DNA of 64,000 nt from Spirochaetia bacterium (GTDB lineage: Bacteria > Spirochaetota > Spirochaetia > SZUA-6 > Bin103): positions 256,001 to 320,000 of the forward strand of contig CBDATQ010000002.1 of NCBI GenBank assembly GCA_965199955.1. The letters run 5' to 3'. The notes under the pieces are model-generated. The model saw only the letters and a program-made list of their open reading frames with translations, had not been told where the DNA came from and ran no database searches. Each line of letters opens with the position of its first letter. The first letter of the stretch is position 1. Position numbers and translations under genes: made by a program. This document shows, piece by piece, positions 27,079 to 38,350 of this stretch.

Positions 27079-29141
27079 GCTCCACGGCCACGGACACCTG
27101 CGACCCGGCACAGACCGTGAGGCTGGGCCGGAGCGATTGCGGCCGCTTCGAGAGCGCCGTTCGCAAGGAGTGGCTGGTAACGAACGGCCTCGGCGGGTTC
27201 GCCTCCGGAACCGTGGCGGGACTCAATACGCGCCGCTATCACGGCCTGCTCGTGGCGGCGCTGCGCCCACCGCAGCAGCGCACCCTCGCCGTGGCCAAGA
27301 TCGATACCCTGGCCTGCTACGACGGGACTCGCTATCCCCTCTTCACCAACGAGTTCGGCGCCGGCACCGTCGACCCGCACGGCTACCGCCGCATCGAGTC
27401 GTTCCATCTCGACCACCTGATACCGGTGTGGACCTGGGCGTTGGCCGACGCGCGCCTGGAGCAGCGCATCTGGATGGACCACGGGCGCAACACCGTCCGC
27501 CTGAGCTTCACGCTCGCGCGCGCCGCCGGCACCGTCACGCTGACCGCCACTCCGCTCGTCGCCTGGCGCGACTTTCACGGCCACACGCGTGGTGGTGAGG
27601 TCGCCGCGGATCCGATCGCCGGCGGGGTCGCCGTGCGTGCGGACGCCGGTGCGCCGCCCTGCAGGATCGTCGCCGACCGGGGGGCGTTCCACGCGCATCC
27701 GGAGTGGTACTGGGAATTCAGACACCGCATGGAGACCGAGCGCGGCCTGGACGCAGCCGAGGATCTGTTCTCGCCGGGATCGTTCACGTGCGCGCTCGGG
27801 CCGGGGGAGACGGTGACGTTCTCCTGCTCACTGGAGGATGTCGCCGCGGACGGCGGCCGGGAGTCGCTGGCACGCGAGCGCGCGCGACAGGCCGGTCTGC
27901 TGCGCGCGCTCCCGGCCGAGGAACCGGCGTGGGTCCGCAACCTGGCGCTGACCGCCGACCAGTTCGTGGTGCGGCGCTCGCTCGCGGACGGGGCGGCGGG
28001 AAGCACGATCATCGCCGGCTATCCCTGGTTCGGCGACTGGGGACGCGACACCATGATCGCCCTCCAGGGGCTGACCCTGAGCACCGGCCGCGCCGAGATC
28101 GCCGCCGACATCCTGCGTACCTTTCGGCGCTACCTCGACCGGGGCATGCTCCCCAACCGGTTTCCCGACGAAGTCGATCCCGGCGCGGCGGCGGAGTACA
28201 ACACCGTGGACGCCACACTCTGGTACTTCCATGCCGTCCATCAGTACCTGCAGCACACCGCCGACCTGGCGCTCATCGAAGAGCTGTTTCCCTCGCTGGC
28301 ACAGATCGTCGACCGGCACCGGCGGGGGACGCGCCACGCCATTCGCGTCGACGCGGACGACGGCCTGCTGTACGCCGGTGAGCCGGGGGTCCAACTCACC
28401 TGGATGGACGCCAGGGTGGGCGACTGGGTGGTCACGCCGCGCATCGGCAAGCCGGTCGAGGTCAACGCCCTGTGGCACAACGCCCTGCGCGTCATGGCCG
28501 ACCTGGCCGATCGGCTGGGCGCGGCGGAAGACGGATCGCGTTACCGCGCCGCGGCCGCGCAGGCCGCAGACAGCTTCCGGAGGCGGTTCTGGTACGCTAC
28601 CGGCGGCTACCTCCACGACGTGATCGACGGCCCGGAGGGCGAGCCCGCGGCCGACGGCCGCCGTTGCGACCATCGACTCCGGCCCAATCAGATCTTCGCG
28701 GTATCATTGCCGTTCCCCCTGCTGGAGGAGGCCCAGGCCAAATCCGTGGTCGACGTGTGCGCCCGCCGGCTCTGGGCGTCGTACGGCCTGCGCAGCCTGG
28801 CGCCTGACGATCCGGACTACGTTGGCCGCTACGGCGGCGGTCCGGCCGAACGCGACGCGGGCTACCATCGCGGCACCGTGTGGGGCTGGCTGCTCGGGCC
28901 CTTCGCCACCGCCCACTACCGCGTGTACCGGGACCCGGCGGCGACCCGCGGGATCCTCGCCCCGCTGAAGGATCACCTTGCCGACGCCGGCCTGGGATCC
29001 GTCAGCGAAGTCTTCGACGGCGACCCGCCGCACCTTCCGGGCGGCTGTGTCGCGCAGGCATGGAGCGTGGCCGAGGTGCTGCGCGCCTGGAGGCAACTCC
29101 CGCCGGCCGGACCGGCACCCGCGGTGCGGGCAGCGACGTGA
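27075..29141 (+). CDS. Glycogen debranching enzyme (amylo-alpha-1,6-glucosidase, GDE_N plus GDE_C)
   Basis: EWLVTNGLGGF, NTRRYHGLL, AGYPWFGDWGRDTMI, TWMDA, LRPNQ, AQAWSVAE. Confidence 0.93.
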   Translation: MSSTATDTCDPAQTVRLGRSDCGRFESAVRKEWLVTNGLGGFASGTVAGLNTRRYHGLLVAALRPPQQRTLAVAKIDTLACYDGTRYPLFTNEFGAGTVDPHGYRRIESFHLDHLIPVWTWALADARLEQRIWMDHGRNTVRLSFTLARAAGTVTLTATPLVAWRDFHGHTRGGEVAADPIAGGVAVRADAGAPPCRIVADRGAFHAHPEWYWEFRHRMETERGLDAAEDLFSPGSFTCALGPGETVTFSCSLEDVAADGGRESLARERARQAGLLRALPAEEPAWVRNLALTADQFVVRRSLADGAAGSTIIAGYPWFGDWGRDTMIALQGLTLSTGRAEIAADILRTFRRYLDRGMLPNRFPDEVDPGAAAEYNTVDATLWYFHAVHQYLQHTADLALIEELFPSLAQIVDRHRRGTRHAIRVDADDGLLYAGEPGVQLTWMDARVGDWVVTPRIGKPVEVNALWHNALRVMADLADRLGAAEDGSRYRAAAAQAADSFRRRFWYATGGYLHDVIDGPEGEPAADGRRCDHRLRPNQIFAVSLPFPLLEEAQAKSVVDVCARRLWASYGLRSLAPDDPDYVGRYGGGPAERDAGYHRGTVWGWLLGPFATAHYRVYRDPAATRGILAPLKDHLADAGLGSVSEVFDGDPPHLPGGCVAQAWSVAEVLRAWRQLPPAGPAPAVRAAT

Positions 29142-30862
29142 CGCGCCGTTTCATCGCCGGCCTGCTGATTGGCCTGGCCGTCGCCGTGTTGGAAGTGATT
29201 CTGATGGCTCTCGGCCCGACCGCGGTGCTCGTCGGAACTGACGGGAACGCCGGGGGAGCGATGCGGCTGCTCGTGGCAGGTGCGTCGCTGGGCGTTGCCT
29301 TCGCGCTGCTGTTCCGTCCCGCGCCCGGCGGTCACCCGGAGAACGTCATGGGAGGTGTCGTGATGGGAGTGGTGGCGTGGGCGGTCCTTGCCATCAGCCT
29401 CTTCCCCATTCTCAGCGCGGACGCTCCGAGGTGGCGCGTGGGCACGGCGGCCCGCATGGTCCCGGAACTGGTCGCCTACGTGCTGCACGGCAGTCTGACC
29501 GGGTTCCTCTACGGCCTGGTGTGCGAGCGCCTGCGTCTGGCGCCGGTCGAAACGCCCTCGCCGGAACCGGCCGTGAGGACGAACGTCGTCATCGTCGGCG
29601 GTGGTTACGCCGGCGTAAGCGCAGCCAAGTCGCTCGACAAGGCGTTCGCCGACGACCCTCGCGTGGACGTATGGCTGGTCAGCAAGACCAACTATCTCGT
29701 GCATACGCCCATGCTGTCGGAGGTGTCGTCGAGCGCCGTCAGTCCGCAACACATCAGTCCGCCTCTGCGTACCTTCTTTCGACACGTGCATGTGGTACAG
29801 GGCGAGGTCGCGAGCGTCGACTGGGCACGAGGTCGCGTCGACCTGAGTCCCGGCGTACGTTCGCCGGACTCCGGCCTGGCATTCGACCACCTGTTGATCA
29901 CGACGGGATGCGTTCCCAGCTTCTTCGGCAACCGGGACATCGAGGCCAACACGCTCACCTTCAAGTCGTTGCAGGACAGCGTTCGACTCCGCAATCAGAT
30001 CATCGACCGGTTCGAGCGGGCCGACTTCGAGCACGAGCCTGCGACGAAGTGCCGGTTGCTGACGTTCGTGGTCGTCGGGGGTGGCTTTGCCGGCGTCGAG
30101 TTGATCGGCGGCCTCAACGACTTCGGCCGGGGCATGTTGCCCTACTATCCCAACATTGCGCCGGACGACGTGCGGTTCGTGCTGGTCCATCCCCGCGACA
30201 TCATATTGCCCGAGTTGAGTGAGTCCCTGGGGCGGTTCGCCCAGGAAAAGATGGCGTCGCGAGGCGTCGAGTTCATCGCCAACACCAGGGTCACCGGTGC
30301 CGCGCCGGGGATGATCCTCATCGGCGACGAGAGACTCGCTGCCGACACCGTGGTGTGGACGGCGGGCAATCAGCCAAATCCGATCGTGCATGCACTCGGC
30401 GTCGAGCTGACGCGGCGGGGTCAGATTCCGGTCTCGTCCGACCTGCGATCAGTCGAGAACCCGGCCTTGTGGGCGGCGGGCGACTGTGCCCGGATACCCA
30501 TCCCCAACGCCCCCGGCTCCTTCTACCCGCCGACGGCCCAGCACGCCTTTCGCGAAGGGAAGCTCGCGGGCCACAACGTTGCCGCCGCAATCCGCGGCAC
30601 GCCGCTGCAACCGTTCGACTTCAAGACACTGGGCAGCCTGGCCGCGCTGGGGCACCAGTTGGCGGTGGCTGAAGTGCTGGGGCGTCGCTTCTCCGGGTTT
30701 CTCGCATGGATCATGTGGCGGGCCATCTACCTGTCGAAGCTCCCCAACCTGGAGAAGCGATTGCGCGTCCTGCTGGACTGGGTTCTGGATGTGTTCTTCC
30801 CGCCTGACATCGTGCAGACCATGAGCTTCGACGCCGAGTCGGAGCGGGACGTGCGGTCATGA
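29138..30862 (+). CDS. Type II NADH dehydrogenase-like flavoprotein with a fused N-terminal multi-TM domain
   Basis: About 130 hydrophobic residues, then GGGYAG, GGGFAGVE, WTAG, AAGDCA, PPTAQHA; GTGA overlap. Confidence 0.88.
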   Translation: MTRRFIAGLLIGLAVAVLEVILMALGPTAVLVGTDGNAGGAMRLLVAGASLGVAFALLFRPAPGGHPENVMGGVVMGVVAWAVLAISLFPILSADAPRWRVGTAARMVPELVAYVLHGSLTGFLYGLVCERLRLAPVETPSPEPAVRTNVVIVGGGYAGVSAAKSLDKAFADDPRVDVWLVSKTNYLVHTPMLSEVSSSAVSPQHISPPLRTFFRHVHVVQGEVASVDWARGRVDLSPGVRSPDSGLAFDHLLITTGCVPSFFGNRDIEANTLTFKSLQDSVRLRNQIIDRFERADFEHEPATKCRLLTFVVVGGGFAGVELIGGLNDFGRGMLPYYPNIAPDDVRFVLVHPRDIILPELSESLGRFAQEKMASRGVEFIANTRVTGAAPGMILIGDERLAADTVVWTAGNQPNPIVHALGVELTRRGQIPVSSDLRSVENPALWAAGDCARIPIPNAPGSFYPPTAQHAFREGKLAGHNVAAAIRGTPLQPFDFKTLGSLAALGHQLAVAEVLGRRFSGFLAWIMWRAIYLSKLPNLEKRLRVLLDWVLDVFFPPDIVQTMSFDAESERDVRS

Positions 30863-32268
30863 CGCGCAATCGTCTGCTGGCCGGCACGATCGCCGGGGTG
30901 CTGGGCGGCAGCGTGTCGGGACTGCTGGCAACGCCAGCCATCGGCTGGCCGATCCACGTGTTGATGAGCGGCGTCCTGGGCCTCCTCTTCGGTCTCGGGT
31001 TCGGCGTGCGGGTGCAAACCGCCGGATCGGGCCTCATGTGGGGTCAGGCGTACGGCATCCTGTGGTGGCTGGCGGGTCCGCTGACGTTGTTGCCCCTCGT
31101 GGATGGGCGCGGTCTGCAATGGACGGTGCAGGCGATACAGGGCAGCTTTCCGCACCTCCTGGCGCACATGGTCGGCTTCGGGGCGGTGCTGGGCCTGGCG
31201 ATGCACGGCCTCGGCCGCCTGCTCCCGTTCATTCCCGACGCCAGGTCGCCGGCGGAGCCGGGAGCTCCCGAGCTGGTGCCGCCGCTCGTGCAGGCGCTCG
31301 TCGTGGGCGGAGTGGGCGGACTGCTCGGCGCATGGGTGTTCCTGTGGGGCATCGAGACAGCGGGTTTCTTTCCCGTCGTCGCCGGCATGGTCGGCACGGG
31401 CTCGCCCACGGCGGGCGGCCTGTTGCACTTCCTCATCGGCTTGGTCATCGCCATGACCTTCGCTCTGCTGTTCCACCGCGACGTGGTCGGCGTCGGCTCT
31501 GCTCTCATCTGGGGCATGGGTTACGGCGTGCTCTGGTGGATTCTCGGCCCGCTGACGCTGCTGCCGCTGTTCACCCACAGCCCCGTGCTCTGGACCGTGG
31601 AAGCGGCGCGGGCGAACTATTCGTCGCTGGTGGCGCATCTCCTTTACGGGGCTGTCGTCGGGTGGGTCTATGCCGTCGTCAATCGCCTGTGGATGATCCT
31701 GTTCGTGGACTCCGATCCGCTCAGCCGCACGCGTGAGGGTGCGGGGGCGCGCAGCGTCCGCGGCGTCCTGATCGGGCAGGCGGGTGGTATTCTGGGCGGG
31801 ATACTCTTCACCGTCGTGATGTACGGCGTCGGCGCGCTGCCCAGCGTCGCCAGCCTGGTCGGCTCGCGCTCGCCCTTTGTCGGCGTGGTGGTGCACTTCG
31901 GGATCTCGATCGTCGTCGGCAGCAGCTTCGGTTTGCTGTTCCAGCGCCATGCATACAGCCCCGGAGCGGGGATGAGTTGGGGACTGTCGTATGGCGTGCT
32001 GTGGTGGCTGCTCGGGGCGCTGACGCTGTTCCCGGCACTGTTGCGGCACCCGGTCGACTGGTCGCTGGCGGCGGCGTCGGCCAATTACGCCTCGCTGATC
32101 GGGCACCTGTTCTACGGCGTGGGCCTGGGGCTGCTGCTGCAACACCTGGTCTCCCGCTACGAGTCGGCGCGGCAACCGGACCGACAACGCGATCCCGGTG
32201 CGCCGGAAGCGCTGTGGGCCAGCACCGTGCTAGTGACGGTTATCCTGCCGCTCGTACTGACCGGCTAG
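30859..32268 (+). CDS. Polytopic membrane protein with three internal 4-TM repeats, each with two His
   Basis: Repeated WGxxYGxLWWxxGxLTLxP...W...LxxHxx(F/Y)G; ATGA overlap with the NDH-2 gene. Confidence 0.85.
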   Translation: MTRNRLLAGTIAGVLGGSVSGLLATPAIGWPIHVLMSGVLGLLFGLGFGVRVQTAGSGLMWGQAYGILWWLAGPLTLLPLVDGRGLQWTVQAIQGSFPHLLAHMVGFGAVLGLAMHGLGRLLPFIPDARSPAEPGAPELVPPLVQALVVGGVGGLLGAWVFLWGIETAGFFPVVAGMVGTGSPTAGGLLHFLIGLVIAMTFALLFHRDVVGVGSALIWGMGYGVLWWILGPLTLLPLFTHSPVLWTVEAARANYSSLVAHLLYGAVVGWVYAVVNRLWMILFVDSDPLSRTREGAGARSVRGVLIGQAGGILGGILFTVVMYGVGALPSVASLVGSRSPFVGVVVHFGISIVVGSSFGLLFQRHAYSPGAGMSWGLSYGVLWWLLGALTLFPALLRHPVDWSLAAASANYASLIGHLFYGVGLGLLLQHLVSRYESARQPDRQRDPGAPEALWASTVLVTVILPLVLTG

Positions 32269-32321
32269 GCGGGCCCGGCTGAAACGCGAAGTGCGGGTGA
32301 GCGGGGGCGAGCGGTAAAGGA

Positions 32322-32352
32322 GACGGCAACCGGACCCGGTCCGGTTGCCGTC
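32322..32352 (-). terminator. Perfect 15-bp inverted repeat after katG
   Basis: GACGGCAACCGGACC c GGTCCGGTTGCCGTC, followed by TCCTTT on the minus strand; lies between convergent genes. Confidence 0.75.
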
Positions 32353-32354
32353 GC

Positions 32355-34529
<2,175 letters not shown>

Positions 34530-34648
34530 CTACGGCGCGCGCGGCACATCGTACCCTCAATCGTCAACTCCCGGAAGCCCTGCAGACATGGTTTCGGACG
34601 CTGGACGCTCCGGCGCTCGGGGCGTCATGCTGATCCTGGAGGTGAACT

Positions 34649-35481
34649 ATGGAGCAGTCATTCCGATTTGTTGAAGGCTGGGGCGGCGGCCTTGAGGGGC
34701 GCACGCTGGGGATCGCGTCGGGCGTGGCCGTCGACAGCCGCGACCGGGTCTACGTGATCGACCGCGAGCCGGATCCGGCCATCGTCGTGTACGATCGCGA
34801 GGGCGAGCTGATCACCACGTGGGGAGAGGATATTTTCAGCGTGCCGCACGAGCTGTGGATCGATGAGCACGACCGGGTGCTGGTCGCCGACTGCGGCGAC
34901 CACACGGTGCGCATCTGCACCGCCGACGGGCAGGTGCTGCAGACCCTGGGCACTCCCGGCGTTCCGGGCGCGGCCGGCATGCCGTCAACCGGCCCACGCG
35001 CGCGGTGGTGGCGCCGGACGGCGAGATCTGGGTGGCCGACGGCTACGGGCAGGAGTGCCTGCACCGCTTCTCCGCCGCCGGCGAGCTGCTGGCGACGTTC
35101 GGCGGCCGCGGCGCGGGGCCGGGCCGGTTCACGCTGCCGCACTCGGTGGTCTGCGACTACCGCGGCCACGTCATGATCGCCGATCGCGAGCCGAACAACC
35201 GGATCTGCATCCTGGACCGATCCGGGCGCCAGGTCGCCGAATGGGGCAACAAGCGCAGTCCGTGCGGCCTGTTCGTGGGCGGCGACGGCACCGTCTACCT
35301 GGCCGACGGCACCCTGGTGATCCTGGATCCGGACGGAAACGAGCTCGCGGACATTCCGATGCCGGTGCAGCCCACCGACCGCTCGCATGGGGCACACAGC
35401 GTGTGGGTCGACCGGCACGGCGACATCTACGTGTCGGAGGTGGGCGTGGAGAACCTCGTGCACAAGCTCACCCCCGCGTAG
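34649..35481 (+). pseudogene. NHL-repeat (PAL-like) beta-propeller protein with a 1-nt frameshift (possibly a sequencing error)
   Basis: GVAVDSRDRVYV...; adding one T at about 34985 restores GMPFNRPTRAVVAPDGEIWVADGYG. Confidence 0.7.
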
Positions 35482-35494
35482 CGTCCCGCGGCCG

Positions 35495-36475
35495 CTACCA
35501 CTCGAGCAGGTTGCCGCCGAACGTGAGGCCCGCGCCGAAGCCGACGGTGATGAGCAGGTCGCCGGGCGACACCTTGTCGTGCTCGTACAGCTCGTTGAGC
35601 GCGATCGGAATCGTGGCCGCCGACGTGTTCGCGTACTCCTCGATGTTGAGGTAGAACTTCCCGTACGGAATCCGCGACCGCTTGGCGGCGGCTTCGATGA
35701 TGCGCTGGTTGGCCTGGTGCGGGACGATGTAGGCGATGTCGTCGATGGTGAGCTCGTTGCGCGCCAGGATCTCCCGGATCACCTCGATGATGGCCGGCAC
35801 CGCGAAGTTGTAGACGGGCTGCCCCTCCATCTTGATCAAGAGATCGCGCTCCGCGTCGCGGCCCGGCTTGAACGGCGTCCGCGTGCCGCCGACCTCGCGC
35901 GCCAGGTAGGCGGCGCCCGATCCGTCCGCCTTGAGCACCGAGTCGAGGATCCCGCAGCCGTTGTCCGACGGGCTGATCACCGCGGCGCCCGCCCCGTCCC
36001 CGAACAGCACGCAGGTGCTGCGGTCCGTCCAGTCGACGATGCGGGTCAACACCTCGCTGCCGATCAGCAGCACGCGCTCGGCGGCGCCGGAGGCGATGAA
36101 CCCCTTGGCTGTCTCCAGTCCGTAGACGAACCCCGTGCAGCCGACGCCGATGTCCATCGCCGCGGCGTTCCTGGCGCCGATCATGTCCTGCACGATGCAT
36201 GCCGTGGACGGGAAGCCGACGTAGTCGGAGGAGGCGGTGGCCACCAGCACCATGTCGATGGACTCCGGGTCCGTGCCGGAACGCGCAAGCGCGACCTTCG
36301 CCGCCTCTGCGCCGAGATCGGAGGCAGCTTCGTCATCGCCGGCAATGTGGCGGTAGCCGATGCCGGTGTGGGATCGGATCCATTCGTCGGAGGTGTCCAG
36401 GAACTCGGCGAGCTCGTCGTTGGACATGCGTCGGGACGGCGTGTAGGCGCCGATCCCCTCAATTCTTGCGCCCAT
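35495..36475 (-). CDS. fabH: 3-oxoacyl-ACP synthase III
   Basis: DTSDEWI, GCTGF, LFGDGAGA, PHQANQRI, ANTSAAT. Confidence 0.95.
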   Translation of the reverse strand: MGARIEGIGAYTPSRRMSNDELAEFLDTSDEWIRSHTGIGYRHIAGDDEAASDLGAEAAKVALARSGTDPESIDMVLVATASSDYVGFPSTACIVQDMIGARNAAAMDIGVGCTGFVYGLETAKGFIASGAAERVLLIGSEVLTRIVDWTDRSTCVLFGDGAGAAVISPSDNGCGILDSVLKADGSGAAYLAREVGGTRTPFKPGRDAERDLLIKMEGQPVYNFAVPAIIEVIREILARNELTIDDIAYIVPHQANQRIIEAAAKRSRIPYGKFYLNIEEYANTSAATIPIALNELYEHDKVSPGDLLITVGFGAGLTFGGNLLEW

Positions 36476-36535
36476 CGGGTCTCCTTGGAGCGGGGTAGGA
36501 GGCTTCCGCCTTCGAAGACGACTGTCGGTTGCCGA

Positions 36536-36614
36536 ATGTTAGAGTCCCCGTCTTCTCTGGGTCAAGCGGCCGGCGTTCCGCTCGTTGACCCGCCGGGGCG
36601 GGCGGGGCTACCCT
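36536..36614. promoter_or_regulatory. Back-to-back sigma70 promoters for fabH and fabD
   Basis: Minus strand: TTGACC (36565-36560), 18 nt, TAACAT. Plus strand: TTGACC (36585-36590), 18 nt, TACCCT. Confidence 0.6.
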
Positions 36615-36626
36615 GCACGCGAACCG

Positions 36627-37583
36627 ATGCGGACGTGTTTCCTGTTCCCGGCGCAGGGCGCCCAGTACCCGGGGATGGTCCGTGATCTGTGGGATCACAG
36701 CCCGGCGGTCAAGGAGTTGTTCCAGATCGCTTCCGACGCCACGGGTACCGACCTGCGGCGCCTGCTGTTCGACGGTACCGCGGAGGAACTGCGCGCCACG
36801 GACCGCACCCAGATCGCGGTCACGCTTGCCAACCTGTCCGCCGCCATCGTGCTCGGCGAGCATGGCGTGACCGGCGACGGCTTCGCCGGCTTCAGCCTGG
36901 GCGAGTACTCGGCGCTGCACCTGGCCGGGGTGATCGGAGCGGCCGACATCTTTCCGATCGCCAGGGAGCGCGGGATCGCGATGGAGGCTGCCAGCCGCGC
37001 CTCCGACACCGCCGACGGCCGCTCGGGAATGGCCGCCGTGATCGGGCTGGCCCCGGGGCGTGTGGAAGCGGCGATCGCCGATCTGCCGCCCGGGACGATC
37101 TTCGTCGCCAACTACTCCAGCCCGCGGCAGGTGGTCCTGTCCGGCACGGCCGGGGGCCTGCGCGACGCCGAAGCGGCGTGCAAGGAGGCGGGCGCCAGGC
37201 GCTTCATCACGCTGAAGGTCTCCGGGCCTTTCCACTCGCCGCTGATCCGGGACGCGGCCGATCGGCTGGCCGAGGTGCTGGCCGACGTCCCGTTCGCCGA
37301 TCCGGTACGGCCGGTGTACGCCAACGTCACCGGAGCGCAGGTCACTTCCGGAAGCCAGGCGCGCGAGCTCTGCGTGCAGCAGGTTGTGTCCACCGTGCGC
37401 TGGACGGACGAAGTGGCGTCGCTGCAGGCGGCCGGCTACGCCCGCTACCTGGAGGTAGGGCCGGGACAGGTGCTCACCGGGCTGTTCCGGGGTTTCCCGG
37501 GAAAGGTCCGATGCGAGGCGGCGGGGACCCTGGAGGCGATCGAGGCGGCCGCGGCGGCCTCCTCCTTGAGGTCCCTGGCATGA
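36627..37583 (+). CDS. fabD: Malonyl-CoA:ACP transacylase
   Basis: FPAQGAQ, GFSLGEY, VSGPFHS, EVGPG. Confidence 0.93.
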   Translation: MRTCFLFPAQGAQYPGMVRDLWDHSPAVKELFQIASDATGTDLRRLLFDGTAEELRATDRTQIAVTLANLSAAIVLGEHGVTGDGFAGFSLGEYSALHLAGVIGAADIFPIARERGIAMEAASRASDTADGRSGMAAVIGLAPGRVEAAIADLPPGTIFVANYSSPRQVVLSGTAGGLRDAEAACKEAGARRFITLKVSGPFHSPLIRDAADRLAEVLADVPFADPVRPVYANVTGAQVTSGSQARELCVQQVVSTVRWTDEVASLQAAGYARYLEVGPGQVLTGLFRGFPGKVRCEAAGTLEAIEAAAAASSLRSLA

Positions 37584-38302
37584 GCCTGGAAGGCGCGGTC
37601 GCGGTCGTGACCGGCGGCTCGCGTGGCATCGGAGCCGCTGTCTGCAGCGCCCTGCTGCGCGACGGCGCGAAGGTCTACTCGCTCGCGCGGACCGCAGGCG
37701 AAGCGGCGCTGGACGGGCAGGGCGACTACCGGTGGCTGGCGACCGACGTGGGCGACGAGCAGGCCGTCAATGCACGGATCGAGGAGATCCTGGCAGAGAA
37801 GCGGGGCGTGCAGATCCTGGTGAACAACGCCGGTATCACCCGCGACGGACTGGTGTTCCGGATGTCGCGGCAGGACTGGGACGCGGTGCTGGCGCTCAAC
37901 CTCACGGCGACGTTCCTGACCTGCAAGCTCGTCGCTCGTGACATGGTCCGGCGGCGTTCCGGGTCCATCATCAACATCTCGTCGGTGGTCGGCTTGACCG
38001 GCAACCCCGGCCAGACGAATTATTGTGCGTCGAAGGCCGGGATCATAGGCTTCTCGAAGAGCCTCGCGCGCGAGGTAGCGGGCCGCGGCGTGCGGGTGAA
38101 CGTGGTCGCCCCCGGCTACATCGAGACCGGAATGACCGCATCGCTCAGCGACGGGATACGGGAGAACATCACCGGCATGATTCCGCTCGGCCGCACCGGA
38201 ACGCCGGAGGATGTGGCCGAAATGGTGGCGTTCCTGGCCTCGGCCCGCTCCACCTACGTCACCGGACAGGTGCTGCAGGTGGACGGCGGACTGTTGATGT
38301 AG
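37580..38302 (+). CDS. fabG: 3-oxoacyl-ACP reductase
   Basis: TGGSRGIG, NNAGITRD, YCASKAG; ATGA overlap. Confidence 0.93.
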   Translation: MSLEGAVAVVTGGSRGIGAAVCSALLRDGAKVYSLARTAGEAALDGQGDYRWLATDVGDEQAVNARIEEILAEKRGVQILVNNAGITRDGLVFRMSRQDWDAVLALNLTATFLTCKLVARDMVRRRSGSIINISSVVGLTGNPGQTNYCASKAGIIGFSKSLAREVAGRGVRVNVVAPGYIETGMTASLSDGIRENITGMIPLGRTGTPEDVAEMVAFLASARSTYVTGQVLQVDGGLLM

Positions 38303-38350
38303 CGGAAGCTGCGCGGTCCTGACGGGCGATTCGGAACGAAGGAGATGGGA

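Noticed and set aside
34975..34995. Programmed frameshift in the NHL gene
   Set aside because: No slippery heptamer; a TT-to-T loss explains it, as mutation or sequencing error.
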